A DNA stretch of 64,000 nucleotides from Blepharisma stoltei ATCC 30299 (taxonomy: Eukaryota; Protista; Ciliophora): positions 124,001 through 188,000 of the forward strand of contig CBFDEM010000055.1 in NCBI GenBank assembly GCA_965603825.1. Direction: 5' to 3'. Made by a program: the position numbers and the translations under genes. Each line of letters begins with the position of its first letter. Within the stretch, counting starts at the first letter, position 1. Under the pieces are notes generated by a model that was given only the letters and a program-made list of their open reading frames with translations, was not told the origin of the DNA and did not search any database. Shown here one piece after another: positions 23,874 through 38,061 of the stretch.

Positions 23874-24363
23874 GTTTATTTTAATTTCAATTAGAAAATT
23901 TGCCTACAACTTTATAATAATTATTGGAAATAATTTTGATAAAATAATCAGTTGTAATTTAGCTTTCATTGATGGAAGATTAATTTATAAAATATTAAAG
24001 GGCAGATTGTTTTTATTTATGCAGTTCATTTATCAAGTAGATAGAATTTTGAATCAAAGACCTACTAAAGCATATAGAATCATAATGTAAAGCAATTTAA
24101 TGGCTGGCATAATTTCAAGCATATAATCAGAATATGCAATAATCATCAAGTTAAGGAAATCAATCATTAATCTAAGTAATAGGCTCTACCATATCCCACA
24201 CAAGCTTATTGCTACTCTGGATATGCCATTTCATTATTAATGGATAAAGATTGTCTAAAATTAGATTTCTGATATCTCGCTTACATCAGATTAATGCCAC
24301 ATTTAATGATTAATATGGCGTTTTATTTTCAATATATTTAATATCAATTACACACATTTATTT

Positions 24364-24618
24364 TTAACTTTTGAGGTCAGAATTTGTTTGTAGCGCAAAA
24401 GATTTGCCAGTTGCTAAAGAAGCTTCTTCTAGCATTGAGCTTTCTTCTACAATAATAAACAAGAACTTTCCAGAGCGAGTTATTTGTGGTTTTACAGCCA
24501 AATCGAATGTGCTTGTGGATTTTGAGAGTTTTGGGATTTGAGAAATTCTGTTTAAAACTTCTATGTCTGCTGTTTTCTCGTTCTCTTTACTTTTGTTTGC
24601 TTTGCAAACACAGCCCAT
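24364..24618 (-). CDS. Small protein with a dual-acylation-type N-terminus (MGCVCK)
   Basis: 84-aa ORF with an MG-C-x-C start and AT-rich flanks. Confidence 0.6.
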   Translation of the reverse strand: MGCVCKANKSKENEKTADIEVLNRISQIPKLSKSTSTFDLAVKPQITRSGKFLFIIVEESSMLEEASLATGKSFALQTNSDLKS

Positions 24619-25262
24619 TTTTATTAATATGTCCTTTCATTGTTGATTTCTCTGGAAAGTTGAAAAATTTAATGGAGGACATAAAAATGGATCTAAATTT
24701 TGAAGATTTCTTAATGAGCTTTATTAGAAATTTAAACCTAATTGGGATTGATAAAAGTCGTAGCACGATAAATGTTTAGATTATATGAATTGTATCACCA
24801 TTTAAATCATTTTATTTATGAAAATCATAGCTTTATATTATGATTTTCTTAAAAAGAGTTTATTTGTTTATGTAATTTATATTCATTAAATTCGTTTGTG
24901 CAAACTTTGAGATTAGCTAAAAGTACTTTACAATGTTTAAGCATTCAAAGATTTCTTTAAATCAGTTTTATCAAACTTTTACAGGATTGCCTTTATATTC
25001 TTTTATATTGCCAATCTATTCTAATTAAGAAACGTTCATTCTTTGAATCTGTATTAAATTACACTAAAAATAAGCAATGGCTACTAATTACTGAGCACAC
25101 ATATTCCAAAATTATAATATTAAGCAATAGAAATTTGTATCTAGATAAGATATTATGATAGATTTTCATTTCTATCATAAATATCCCAATTATTTAGGAA
25201 ACATCAAAGGTATTATGAAGATTTCCCACTACGATTTGAACTCCAATTAATAGCAACAATAA

Positions 25263-25994
25263 ATGGACAACACTTTTTTTAAACGTTTTGGGAAACACTC
25301 TCATAAAAGAAACCCTACAGATTTATTAGCACCATGCATTCCCATAAATAAATCTATCAAGCCTACCCAGATATATCAAGATCACGACCCAAATCCAAGT
25401 CCTTTTTTAGATAAAAAAACAGCACAATTACCGAAAATAATAAATCATAAATCCAACCTTTCAGAGTCCGTTTTGTCTGATTGGTATTTATCGCAAGATT
25501 CAAGAAATAGGTTTCCTTATGACAGCTTATCGCCAGTAAAAAATCGATACTCCGATCTCTCTTTATGCAACCAAGGGAACGAGAGTTTTGGAGCTCGCTC
25601 CCACAATTCAAATAAAAATAATCACGACTTCCGAAGTTTTTCACCAATTTACAATTCCAGAGAATCCAGCCAGAAATTATTTAAAGTTAGTAGAGTAGAA
25701 TCGCCTCCTCCAAAAAGTTATACACCAACATGAGACAAGTCAATTAATTCGTCTGCCAAGATGTCCCAAGCATCTCGAAATGGCACAGCAGAGACCCCAG
25801 AAAAGAAATTCCAATATAAACCCTATGCATTTGATGGCTGCCTAAAGCTGAGGCCAGAAAAGTATTATTTAATAGGTGGATCGGGACCATGCAATGTTAG
25901 CATAGAAAACCAAAAATCGAAAATTGCGAGCAAAGAAAAAGCTGAAGGCTATTGTAGATTAAGCAGAGAATTCCGCAAAGGGCTTGCAATGTAA
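25263..25994 (+). CDS. Hypothetical Ser/Lys-rich protein (243 aa)
   Basis: ORFs 25263 and 25761 are joined by TGA 25731-25733. Confidence 0.65.
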
Positions 25995-26644
25995 AGCATT
26001 TAATGTATGTAATAGTTGGCCTTCTAAATTTAATAAAAATAAATGACGATCCATTGAAATTGCAAAGGCATTTAGAATATTAAAGCTTCAAGCCAGCCAC
26101 TCTGATAGACGACCTTTGTATTCTATCTTTGACGCTCGGCGAGAGAGAACAACATTAGATCACCTTCTGGGCTTTTCCAAAAGGTTTTTGCACGTGTTAT
26201 ACATCTAATTTGCAAATCATTAAATCTAAAACTAATAAGGAAACCAATCATCTCCACACTGAGAGTCATGGCAAGCTTATGCTTCTCATTTTAAGTAGCT
26301 TTATTATTTGATTGAAAAGTCAACTGCATAGAAAATTTTTTTGTCTAACTCACATCAATAATCGACTGATAGGCAGAGATAGAGGTCTGAAAGAAATATC
26401 TTATCTTATTTCAAGGCATAATGAAGAATCAAATGATAAATATTTATATGGTTTGCCTTTTATTTCTTAAATATGATAAAAAATGAGAATTACTAAAATT
26501 TCAATTTACCTAACCAGCATTAAACGAAATTAATTATTTATGATTATTACATTTAAATTTAATAAAAAAATTAAAAATGTAATTCACTTTGCTATTTTGT
26601 TGGCTTTTATTTTAAAATTAGATTTCCATATTATATTTCCGATC

Positions 26645-27733
26645 ATGTTGCCAGTACTTCACTGGCCTTCCACAAGTAAAGGCTATCAACTAGAATACCC
26701 TATCGGCTATGGCACCTTTGGAGTTGTTTATTCTGCTGTCATCCTCACAGGTGCCCACATAAATGAAAGGGTAGCCATCAAAGTGGTAAATCTTGACCAA
26801 TTTCCTGACGATAGTTTAGACGAAATCAAAAGGGAAATAAAAATCCCTCGTTTATGTTCCCATCCCAATGTAATTAGCTATCATACCTCTTTTATATCTG
26901 GAAAACAGCTTTGAATGGTAATGCCTCTTCTTGACGCTGGAAGTGTGGCAAATTTGCTTCATCATAAATTCCCATCAGGAATCAAAGATGAAGTTGCGTT
27001 GGCAAGTGCACTAAAAGAAGTATTAGAAGCCCTGGCTTATTTTCATGCTAATAATCAAATTCATAGAGATGTTAAGGGTGCAAATATTTTATTGAGTCGG
27101 GATGGCAAGGTTATGCTAGCTGACTATGGTGTAGTTGCCAAGCTGAGAGGAGGCATGCTTGCTAAAACATTTACTGGTAGCCCTTGCTGAATGGCTCCTG
27201 AAGTGATAGAATCTGAGTTTAGAGGGGGGTATGACTTTAAAGTAGATATTTGGAGCTTTGGAATCACTGCAATTGAGCTAGCGAAAGGGCTACCTCCTTA
27301 TGCGAAGCATCCTGCAATGAAAGTTATGCTTTTGGTTCTTAATAATGATCCTCCATTTTTAGGCAGAGATGAGCCTTTTAGCAATTCATTTAAAGAAATG
27401 GTTAACTCATGTTTGCAAAAGGATCCTGAATTAAGGCCAACCGCTGAACAACTTTTAAGAACAAAGTTTTTCCATAAAGCAAAAGGCAAAAATTATATCC
27501 GAGATCATCTCCTGGAAAACTTTCCTTCTCTACAAGCTCAGTTTTCTTATCAAAAACTTCATCCTAAAATCGAAGAGTCATTTTCAACCTTTTTTCAAAG
27601 TTCAGATGCTTGGGATTTTAATGTATCTGGCGAGGCAAATAATTCGTCACAGAATGATGACCCTTTTTCTGCTATAGATACTGATGAATATGAAGGAGAT
27701 CCTCTTGACACAATTAAAAAAGACGATACTTAA
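26645..27733 (+). CDS. STE20-family Ser/Thr kinase (OSR1/SPAK/FRAY-like)
   Basis: IGYGTFG, VAIK, QLW(TGA)MVMPLL, HRDVKGAN, DYG, TFTGSPCW(TGA)MAPE. Both TGAs fall on conserved Trp positions. Confidence 0.92.
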
Positions 27734-27900
27734 TTGTAAATCTATAAAAATCAGTAATCTAAATTTAAAATATGTTTTTCTAACTTAAGTGTCATTTAAA
27801 AGCTTGGATTTATATTAAAATCAAATGACATAAAAATTTTGAAATTGCTTCTTTGCTTGTTTTTTACCATTTCTATTAAATACATTACTTCTGATATAAA

Positions 27901-28671
27901 ATGAGCGATGATCTTAACTTAGAAAAAATCAAAGCTGAAACTGAGCAAAGTCTTAGCAGAAACAAAAGAATTTTATCAGCTTTATTTATCCTTGGAATTT
28001 TTGCTTTCATTTGTTTTATCTACTTTGCTCCTGAATTTACATCTGCTGAGAAACAAATAATTTTCAAATTCCCAAGAAGCGCTCAGCAAATCTACGAATT
28101 AAGCAAAGTTATTTTAGGCTACACCCAGAACTCTTATTACTACGTTATTTCTTTATTTTGTTTTCTCTATGTCTTTTTGCAAAGCTTTGCAATTCCTGGA
28201 CCATTAATATTAAGCATTTTAGGAGGTGCACTCTTTGGGTTCTGGAAAGCTATGCTTGTTGTAACTACTTGTGCAACTCTTGGTGCCACTTTATGCTATA
28301 TTTTAAGTGAAACTTTAGGAAAAGGAATTATTATTAGGAAATTCCCAGGTCCTCTGATGAAAGCTAATAATTTGATCAACGAGCATAAACATCACTTATT
28401 TTTCTATTTACTATTTTTAAGGGTTACCCCTATAGTCCCGAATTGATTGATCAATATATCAAGCCCAATTTTAGGAATATCATTGAAGTATTTTATAACT
28501 GCAACCTTCTTAGGACTAATTCCAGGAAATTGTATACACATTAATGCAGGCACAATGATCAGCTCAATGCAAGAAGTTGGGTTGAATTTGAACTCAATCC
28601 TGATTTTATTAGTTTTAGGAGTGCTTGCACTAATTCCAACACTAATATTCAAAAAGCCTAAGGTTAATTAG
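27901..28671 (+). CDS. TMEM41B: TMEM41/DedA (VTT domain) membrane protein
   Basis: FLQSFAIPG and FLRVTPIVPNW(TGA)LINISSP; the TGA is at the conserved PNW. Confidence 0.85.
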
Positions 28672-29075
28672 ATTATTGTCCTTCTAAAACTTAAATTGGC
28701 TTAAATATGATAAAAAGCTCAATAGTTTTTAAAAAATTATAGTTCCATATGCCAAAATAATAGCCAAAAATGAAATAATACAGTTACACCCTTGATTTAA
28801 TTTTTGCTAATTATAAAAATAAGCCCCATAATCTCTTAGCTTAAGAAGTCAATAAACAATACCCAAAATTTTTTTCTAAAATTCAACATAATTTGTATCC
28901 TCGATTCCTATAGAATTAAAAATGAAAGGTACTTTATATTTTTAAATAATTAAATCATAATAATTTTTTTTGTATTATTATATAATGATTTGGCATCATT
29001 TTTCGATTCAGAATTATGGTTCGCCAAATCTTAATAATACCATGACTTTTTCAATGATAATAAATAAATTTTAGC

Positions 29076-30134
29076 ATGCTGGCCGACTCTCCATATTTAC
29101 CAACAAGACATCCAAATCTTGACCATATGAAAAGATCAAGAAACAAAAGACAAACTGACGCAGGCTTCATAAGAAAACCTTCATCAAATTTCAATTATCC
29201 TCGCACAAATTCCCTTATTGAGAAACCAAATGCATCCCCAGTAATCATCCCTAAAATAATTAGAACTGTAAGCTGCTATTCTTGTGCCTCCACTGTAACT
29301 TCGCCTCCTCCTCTTGACTTAGATTCAGAACTCGATCCAAATTGAGTAAGACTAGCCCAAAAATATGAACAGAAAATTCGGGTTCCTAAAAATCCTGAAG
29401 ATGGCTTGTATCTCAATAAAGCAATCGATTTCTTGACTACTATTGAGACGCAAACAAGTGAAGAGACACTAGAAAGACGACCTAGTGTAGAATCAAACCA
29501 AGACTCAGAATGCACACGCTGAGTGACTCATTCAGGAGCAATCAAAGAATCATTTAGAGGATGCCTTAACTTCTTTGATTGGGACCGATTTCCTGTTGTT
29601 GACCTCAGTGATGTGCCTGCTACAATCCCTAATTCTTTGCTTAAGGACAACCTTAACGAAGAATTCAAAGACAAACATCCATTTCTGGATCAAAGGATGA
29701 CTTTGAGTAAGATAGTAAACTTAAGAGAAGATCTGATTTTTAAAATGTGTAGAAATATGGATATTGAGGTTTGCACTCTAGCTATAGCTTGAACATGCTA
29801 TGTCAGGCTGCTTAGCAAGAATGTGATCACTAAACTAAATAGGAAATTATATGGAGCCATCTGCGTATTGATAGCTTACAAATTCAACGAAGAATCCCAC
29901 CTAGAAGCGAACAGAGATCAGATAAAAATACTTATTAAACTCGCGTATTCTATGGATAAGCACAACTTACTTCAGCATAAAAGTCTCTCGAAAGTAGAAT
30001 TTGAGGTATATGCGCATTTGAATTTTTCACTCTTGCTTAAGTATGAAGAATTCCAAGAAGAGTTTTCGTATATCTTGGGCAGGATGGATACAAGTTTCAA
30101 CGTCTATATGGGCGACTTTATTCAAGATTTTTAA
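29076..30134 (+). CDS. CABLES-like cyclin-box protein
   Basis: One frame through TGA 29343, 29520 and 29790. LNEEFKDKHP..MTLSKI, ITKLNRKLYGAICVLIAYKFNE and EFEVYAHLNFSL match the CABLES1/2 C-terminal domain. Confidence 0.8.
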
Positions 30135-30155
30135 TTCAAAATTAATAAATTGGTA

Positions 30156-31142
30156 TTATTTAGACATCTTTTCTTTAAGTGATTGAATTTCTTGTTTTCG
30201 CTTCAGCTCGAATTCTTTGATGATATTTTTGATTTCTTGGTTAGCTTTTTCTTTTATTTCTGTTCTCCTAGCTTTTCTAATAGATCCAGCCTCTTCAAGA
30301 GTCTTGATCTGTATTTTGTAATTTATTTTAATTTCTGTCATTTTCATTGCTTGCTCACTACACAGTTTTTCCATAATTTGTTCTAGGCCTTTTTCAAACT
30401 CTTCAGCTTTGATGGAGTATTCAAAGTCTCCATCAAAAGCATTAGCAAAACTTGACCTCGTAGACTCTTCTCCTTTAAGCGAAGAAAATATTCCACTAGT
30501 GTCACTAGTTGAAACTCGGCTTAAAGTTGAAGAGTTAAGGGAAGCTGTAAGTTGACTTCTATGTAACATCAGCTTCTTGCGAGAAGCAAGGCGCTTTTGA
30601 AGGTCAGTGTCTTGCATTGAAAAATCGATTTTGGCTTTCTCAGAAACCTCTTTGGATCTTTCGTTAAATGTCACAATAATCCGATTTAAATTTTTGGAGC
30701 CTTTTTCTGATATACTTAGCAGTGAGCTGGCAAATTCACTTGATAAAGTTTCAACCATTGTAGATCTGAGTTTCGCCCGATTTTTTTGGAGATTTTTTGG
30801 TTTTTGTTTGGAGGGGGAATTTCTCCTATTTTTGGTTGAAGATGTGCTTGGCTGCATGAGGTCGATGACTTCGGACTTTACAAGCATTTTGTGGAGTTTA
30901 TCTTCGAAATCGTAAAATTTTGGGTCGTTTTTGTGCTCATAGTATTCTATAGCTTGAGAATAAAGACTGACAAGTTCATGGACAACTTCGATAGATGGCG
31001 AATTTTCTAATTCTGACTCTTTGGATAATAGCTGAACTCCAAAATCTAATGATAAAATCGGCGCTATGGTACGACGGTCCAATTTTACGAGCGCAGGCTT
31101 TCTTTTAGCTACAAATTGAGCAGAAGTTGCCTGCATATTCAT
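30156..31142 (-). CDS. Hypothetical helical/coiled-coil protein
   Basis: Intact 328-aa ORF. Confidence 0.75.
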   Translation of the reverse strand: MNMQATSAQFVAKRKPALVKLDRRTIAPILSLDFGVQLLSKESELENSPSIEVVHELVSLYSQAIEYYEHKNDPKFYDFEDKLHKMLVKSEVIDLMQPSTSSTKNRRNSPSKQKPKNLQKNRAKLRSTMVETLSSEFASSLLSISEKGSKNLNRIIVTFNERSKEVSEKAKIDFSMQDTDLQKRLASRKKLMLHRSQLTASLNSSTLSRVSTSDTSGIFSSLKGEESTRSSFANAFDGDFEYSIKAEEFEKGLEQIMEKLCSEQAMKMTEIKINYKIQIKTLEEAGSIRKARRTEIKEKANQEIKNIIKEFELKRKQEIQSLKEKMSK

Positions 31143-31426
31143 CTTTTTATATCAATTTTTTAAGTTAAATTCTTAGTTTTTACAGCTAAAATTAATTTCT
31201 ATATAGTAAATAATTGTTTAAAAATTTTAACAAGCTCAACCTCCCTTGATGGGCATAGTTATTATTCAACAGATCCACTTTTTAATTTTATTTTAAATTT
31301 AGATATTATCAAACATATCTTTCTATTTAATTAATGTCTTACATATTTTTAAAAGCTGTTTTAGTAATAAAGATAAATATAATTCTGCTAATAAATAATT
31401 ATATCTATTCAGGATATTTATCTGAC

Positions 31427-32212
31427 ATGGACAAGCCTTTTTATATAGGTAGTGCAATTGCTGCTACAGTCGGGACAGCATGGATTCTTTATCGCTTTTC
31501 CGATGACCGTACTCCCAATAATAACTTTTTAAGCCAAAAAGATGTAATCAGTATTTTGAGGGACCTTCATGAAGAACTCAACCAAGTTTACATCGCCATA
31601 GCAGCTTATTCAAAAAATATTCAAGAAAAAAGCAACTACCTAGTAAATGAAGGAAAAATAAAAGAAATCGTATTCCAGCATACATGCATACCTAAGCAAA
31701 TAGAAAAGGCAGAAAGCAAAGTGTATAAAAAGTATTCTACTACAGAAGCACTATTTAAAAACGCTTGCAAAAATATTTACAATAATAATGAAGAAATTGC
31801 CAATATAATGAAAGGTATGCAAGAAATTTTTGAGAACTCATTCAAAGGAATTATGCCTGGAAAATTTGTCCCAGATTTTTTCAATGCTGAAGCCACATTA
31901 AACTTATTAGAAGAAAGTTATGAAGTTTCAATAAGAGAAATCTGCAATCAAATAGAAAGTTGACGAGAAAGTGGAATGCAGATCGAGGTGATTAAAAATA
32001 TGTACAAAAATAATAAGAGTGAGATTAACAGAAGAATAGATGAAGCAAAAGAAACTATTTATAGAAAATTCAATATAGCAAAGTTTCATGAACCGCCTGA
32101 GAAGATTGTTCAAAATGCAATTAAGAAATATTGCTTCAATGATCTTCGATTTAAGCAAAGGATCGAAGAGATGGAAAGAAATTTCAAATCTGAAATGGCA
32201 ACTTTAATTTAA
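31427..32212 (+). CDS. Hypothetical protein with an N-terminal membrane anchor (261 aa)
   Basis: ATG at 31427 gives MDKPFYIGSAIAATVGTAWILYR; TGA 31961-31963 is read through to TAA 32210-32212. Confidence 0.7.
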
Positions 32213-32359
32213 ACTTATGCTCTTTTTGGTATAGAATAAAATTTAGTATTAAAAAAGCTACAGTTAAGATCATTATCATGATTTTTGTACAATAAGCATT
32301 CAATAAATTTTATTATCTAAAGAATCGCTTAACAAAAATTATAATTTGTCTAATAAATA

Positions 32360-35300
32360 ATGTCAAGCAACTCTCACAGATTATTAAGATCTAAAACTCC
32401 AGAAGTTTCTATTATGAAAGGCAAGTGGGATGAGAGATTTTATCTCGGAAAAATCCCAGTAATGCCTTTATCGAGATTCCCATTTAAAACAAGGAAATCT
32501 TTTCATGCCCCTCGTTACTCTAATTCATCATCGCAAGCAAACTCAGTTTCAGCATCAAGATTCCAGTCACGGCCCAGTACTTCATTTCGTACTTCTACTC
32601 CTCAGCGATCAACTTCCCAGCAGAGATTTACAAGAAACGATACATTCCGAGCAATTTCCCAAAAAAGATTTTCATATAACGACACATTTTTAACTGTGAA
32701 AAATAAGCTTGAAGAATTTTGAGATAGAAAATCCATTCCAGAGCCACTGAAGCAGGCATTTAGAGAATGTATTTTTAGTTTGCCATCAAATAAAAGTATT
32801 CCGATAATGTCCAAAGAAATTGAAGACCTTAAATCAAATAATGCACTAGTACAGATTGCAATAAAATCTGTAGAAGACCGCGAAAGGCTGTTAAACCAAG
32901 TTAAAGATTTGGTGAAAGCTTTTAATATGTCAAAAGAATACGAAACTATTAAAGACTTACAACTAGAAGCTGCAGAGACTTTGCAGACATACAGAAACAT
33001 CAGCTTAAATGTCGTAGAAAATATAGCGAGGTGAAGAGAGCACTTGGCATATGCTCAGTTAATTGGAATATCTAAAGAAGCAATCCATCCAAGAATAGTC
33101 CAATTTATATGGGAAGGAGAAAATTATTTGATAAAAATGAGAAATGATATTTCTTTTGTGAATAAAACTGTTTTGGCAGCGTTCTTTAAATTCGATAATA
33201 ACCCGGATACATTTTTAGTGGTGCCTTCTAGAGTAACAGGACAAAAAAAGCCAAGTGAACTAAAGAAAGAGGAGTATTATTTTAAAAAAAGTGGGGACTT
33301 GATTATTCCGCTGCCTTCAATATTGTTAAAAAGAATAAGAATTGCTGAGATGCTGATTATGGAAGAAATATTTAATGAGCATAGATTGAGTTCTGGTGTA
33401 ACTAAGCCAGAAAATTCAGTGATAATTGAATATAGATCGGTTGACAATATTAAAAGAGAAGATCTGTCTCCAGATATAAGTGAAAATGAAAGTATTCTTG
33501 CTAAAGCTATTGAAAGAGAGCGAATGTCTTCAGATATTGTTGAAAAAGAAGCTAATCCTGTTGAAAAAGAAATTATTCCTGCAAAAGATGTTGAAGAAGA
33601 AATTTCACCTATTAAAAATAGTGACAAAGAAATTTTATTTGATGAAATGATCGAAGAAGATATAATATCTGACCATAATACCCTTACAAAGGCCATGCCC
33701 ATTCAAATTGAAGACAAACCTTCTGATAATATTGAAAAAGAAATTAAATTTGAGGAAAGCCCGAAACAAAGAGCTTATAAATTTGAAATAAATATGAATT
33801 TATTTGATGCTTTGAATAAGAATATTATAAAATCGATTAAAGAAAACTCCACAAATGATATTCAAAAATCAATTATATGAGATGAAATTTCTAATGAAAT
33901 AATTTCAGAGCAAATTTCAAAATTTTCTTTTGAAATTTCTAATGATTTATATGAGCAAGCTAATTTAGCTGGGATAGTTTTTGGCGATTTACTTTATGAA
34001 GCAGCCGAAAAAATGTGTAAAAGTATTCTTAATAATGAAATTAAACTGGAAAGGGAAAACGAACATAGAAATCAAGCATTGATAAAAAAGATTGCAGATG
34101 ATGAAAACATGAAAGTGGCTGATTTAATTTATACTAGCTTGATTATTAGCCTTGCTTCTGAGATTAGCCAACAAGAAATAATTGATGAAATAGAGTACAT
34201 TAGAACTTTAAATGATGAAGAAATTGAAAACAATAAGCTCTCTTACTCATTATTTAGTGATTTAATATCGCATTTAGTAGAAAATCTCACAGATAAGTTT
34301 ATATTGGACGAAATAGAAAGTTATGAAAAAGAAAAACTTTTGATCTCTGATATGATATTTATGGAATTTATGAATGATTTAACAATTGACATTGCAAATA
34401 AGGAAATATCTAAAGAAGAATTTCGATTGAAAAAGATTAAAGAAAAGAAAATAATTTCTGAGATAGCTGCAGGATTATTTCCTGAGTTCTTATATTCTCT
34501 GGCACAAGAAATAGTTTTAGAGCAAATAATAGTTGAAAGAAAGAGGCTTCAAGATATTGCAGAAATAAAAGAGATAGAAAATATAAGAATATGTGAGATG
34601 CTTATTAATGATTGAATAGCCAAATTAGTAGAAGAAATCTCGAAGAAAGAAATAAATGATCATAAACAAAACCTTATAAAAGTTGAGCAAAATGAAAAGA
34701 TCATCAAATCTAAAATTGATAAAAAAGTTTCCAAAAGGATACTAGCAGGAATTATCAACGAATGTATAAAACAGAATTTTAATATCAGAAAATTATCTGA
34801 AGAGTGGCTTTTGGAGGAAATTGAATCAAGCAGTCAAGCATCGTCTGTGCAAGACATAGGATCAGATACATATAAGTCAGATGCAAAACTTAAAGAAGAA
34901 CTGATGCTATCTTCAGCCGGGAGTTCAAAGTATAAAAATGATGACTATCCACCATTAAATTTTGCAACTGAAAATAATTTTCGAGGACTTCAAAATTTTG
35001 ATATAGCTCGGATAAAAATTCCAGAAAATTTTTTGGAAACTTATATTCAAGATTATTATCGTTTTTTGCCTGAATTATTTAATTATTTTGTTCCCCCAGT
35101 AAACTTGCTATTATATGAAGAAATAATAAAAGGAATTGACCCTAATATTTTGTGAATTAATAAAGAAAGCACAATTCTTGGCTTGTTGGTCTGCTCATTT
35201 GATTCAGACTATTCTCGAAGTCGAAGACTAAACATATACCATATATCTTGTCTAAACGCCAATTATTTTAAAATTATTTTAGGTGGCGTTTTGGATTATT

Positions 35301-35608
35301 TATGGGAAGAGCATCCTTGCGATGAAATACGCTTACATGTATATAATGAGAGAAACCAAAAATTTGAAGGTATTCCTAAAGAGCTGAAGGACTGCTTGAC
35401 ATACTTTCAATTTAGATATAAAGCGCAAATTCCAAATTCTATTGGAAATGCGTCAGTTATGGGAAAATACCGACCTCCTGGTGTATCTTGTAAATTGATT
35501 AATTTAAAACAGACTGATAAAGGAGTAAAAAATGAGATTTTGATGGATTTCACAACAGAAAAAACAAATATCGATAAATTTGACAAATTAGCATTTCTTA
35601 AAATATAA
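32360..35608 (+). CDS. Large hypothetical protein (1082 aa) with an acidic helical middle
   Basis: Six ORFs in one frame separated only by five TGAs (32720, 33032, 33878, 34613, 35153); linkers checked for TAA/TAG. Confidence 0.8.
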
Positions 35609-35922
35609 AGTTTTGATTATATATTAAATTTGCAGATTTTCCCATAAAACTTATTTATGGCTTCAGCAAACATAATTATTAATATTTAAACTGTAAAAAA
35701 AAATTAAAGAATAGTATTAGTCATTTCAAATTCCATTGGATATTTTATGAAAAGAAAAATAATTCAGTTTTCAAAAATGCAGAAAAAAACTTTTAAGCTG
35801 GAACTTATAAAATCTCAGTGAGTTCCTCGCCTCATAAGCAAATTTCTTTACTTATTATTCTCGTCTATTAAAATATTTTGCTGATGAAATTAATCGATAG
35901 CTATGCTACTTTATGTAATTAA

Positions 35923-38061
35923 CTATGACAAGTACTTCAACGGATGACTTCCGCGCCTATGCTTATCCACTTTTTCTCTAAGGTTCTTATATTGCGCATT
36001 AATCCAGTCTTCATCATTTTTGACTAAAACCGTTTGGTTTCTTGCCACCAATCTTCTTGCGTTTCAATAAGCTTCGTTTTGCTTTAATTGATTTATTATA
36101 TTTTCTTCTATTTCTCTTGAATTTACAACATTATTCATTGCAATAAATAAAGGCAATGCAATATTTTTTATAAATCCAGACTGGGATTTCGCAATATCAG
36201 TTGTCTCTTTATCGCAATACATAGAAACAGGCAGGCCCAATGACTTCTCAAGATCTCCTTGAGAAAAAAACTCCTGAAGCACCAAAACACACAATTTTTC
36301 ATGCAATTCAATTGATTTGGCAGAATGGCCAATATCAGCCATTTTAATAGTCATCTTATTGAGTTCTTGACGGGTTTCTACATTTTTAAAATCAACGGAC
36401 ATATTACCTTGGATAAATCTTGCTCTGAAGTGCTCGACTAAATCAAAGTGTTTTGACATATCTGTGGCTAAAATTAATTCTATTATAACTTTTCTAATTG
36501 CAAATCATTTATCAGACGCAAAATTTGATAAAATATTACAGTCATTTTTAGCCAAAACTTGGAACAGTATTGTAGCATGCATCATTTCTAATACACTATA
36601 ATCATTATACTGAATTGCAATATCATTTTTTGTTACCATTAAAAATCGATTGGTTTTGGCTGGATGTCCTGCATCGTGAGCTAGCGTTGAGACAATCCCA
36701 GCCAATAGCTCTAATGAGCTAGTTTCATCAATAAGTGGGCAGCTATGAATAATATATAAATATGAGCACATCACATCAGCTGCATGGCAAGAATTATGAT
36801 AAGGATTTGGCAAATACCTTCCTTCTAATTCTCTCAAAAATGTACTTAGACTTTTATCGCTTATAGAAAATAGCTCATTGAGCCCATAATTTCTAATTAC
36901 ATGCATTCCAACAACTTGAATGGGTGTTTGCCCTGAACAATCTCCAATAAAAATCGTATTGAAGTTCCATTCTTTTCCAATTTGCCTCAAAATTCCTGAT
37001 AAATCTGATATCCCATAAATAAAGTTTAGTTTTTCTTTGAAATTCCCTTTGGAAGACAACGAGGATTGATCGATGTCAGGCTTTATTTCGAAAAACGCTT
37101 GAGAAACATAAATTTTATCTTGCTCATCCATATTCTTAGTCACTTGGTCGAAAGAAGTTTGGTATATATTAGTGTGAGTTAATGAATCGAGTGCGCCTTT
37201 TAAACTGGTTATCGTAGCAACGATTGTTTCTTTATTATCATATTCTGTGTGCTCAAAGGCATCTAAAAGCACACTAATAGTGTTTTTTATGGCAGTTATA
37301 ATGGTTTCCATTCCGGTGGTAGATTTAGTTTGGTACTCGGGTATAGGGAGTGATTGCAAAATGGATTCTTGAACATAGTCTATCTCTCTCCCGATCTTAG
37401 AAAAATCTTTAAAATCAATAAGTCCATAAAAAGTTGCTAATCCCAGAAGCAAAACTTGAAAAGAAGATAATCCAAGACTTTGATTTCCGAAGCAGTTTAC
37501 CCCAAACGAAACTATAGTCAAAAAAGCATTAATTCCTATGTAAACACTTTTTTTAGTTTCTAAAAATTTTGGCCCAATAACAAATAATAACAGCAAAGCC
37601 TGCATCCCTGGCAGATATGAAGAGTTCTTATCTTTTCTATAAAGAACAGGGAAAATATTAAGATCTGAAAGCACAAACGCTAACCCACTATAAATATACA
37701 GTATTGGCATCACCCATTTCTTCCCTTCATCTTGAAGGCTATATTTCTGCTTATATATAACAACAATAAAGTTGAGGATAAAGCTACTTACAAGAAAAAT
37801 AAGACAAAGAAGAATTGTGGTTATATCGTTTTCATATATTGCATTGGAGGTCAAAATATTCGCAAGATAAATCATAAATAAAATAAAATAGTAAATATTT
37901 GCCTTAACTCTTTTTTTATGTTTACGGTCATCTGCACTTGGAATCTCAACTGGGGAAGGATTAAGGTAGTCGTTTGGATCTGAGAGACTATTAGAGGCAT
38001 CTACAATATTAATAACTGTAGCTGGGTTTTCGGGAGGTCGATTTGATTCTATGGTTCTCAT
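35923..38061 (-). CDS. Class I cyclic nucleotide phosphodiesterase with about 6 N-terminal TM helices
   Basis: PYHNSCHAADV, AHDAGHP, LEMMH, LATDMSKH, ADIGH, EFFSQGD; TGA at 36505 and 36064; TAG at 35923-35925. Confidence 0.92.

Noticed and set aside
26040-26210. Less AT-rich intergenic patch with a short minus-strand ORF
   Set aside because: No recognisable motif, and the ORF overlaps the end of the convergent gene; cannot be supported as a gene or ncRNA.
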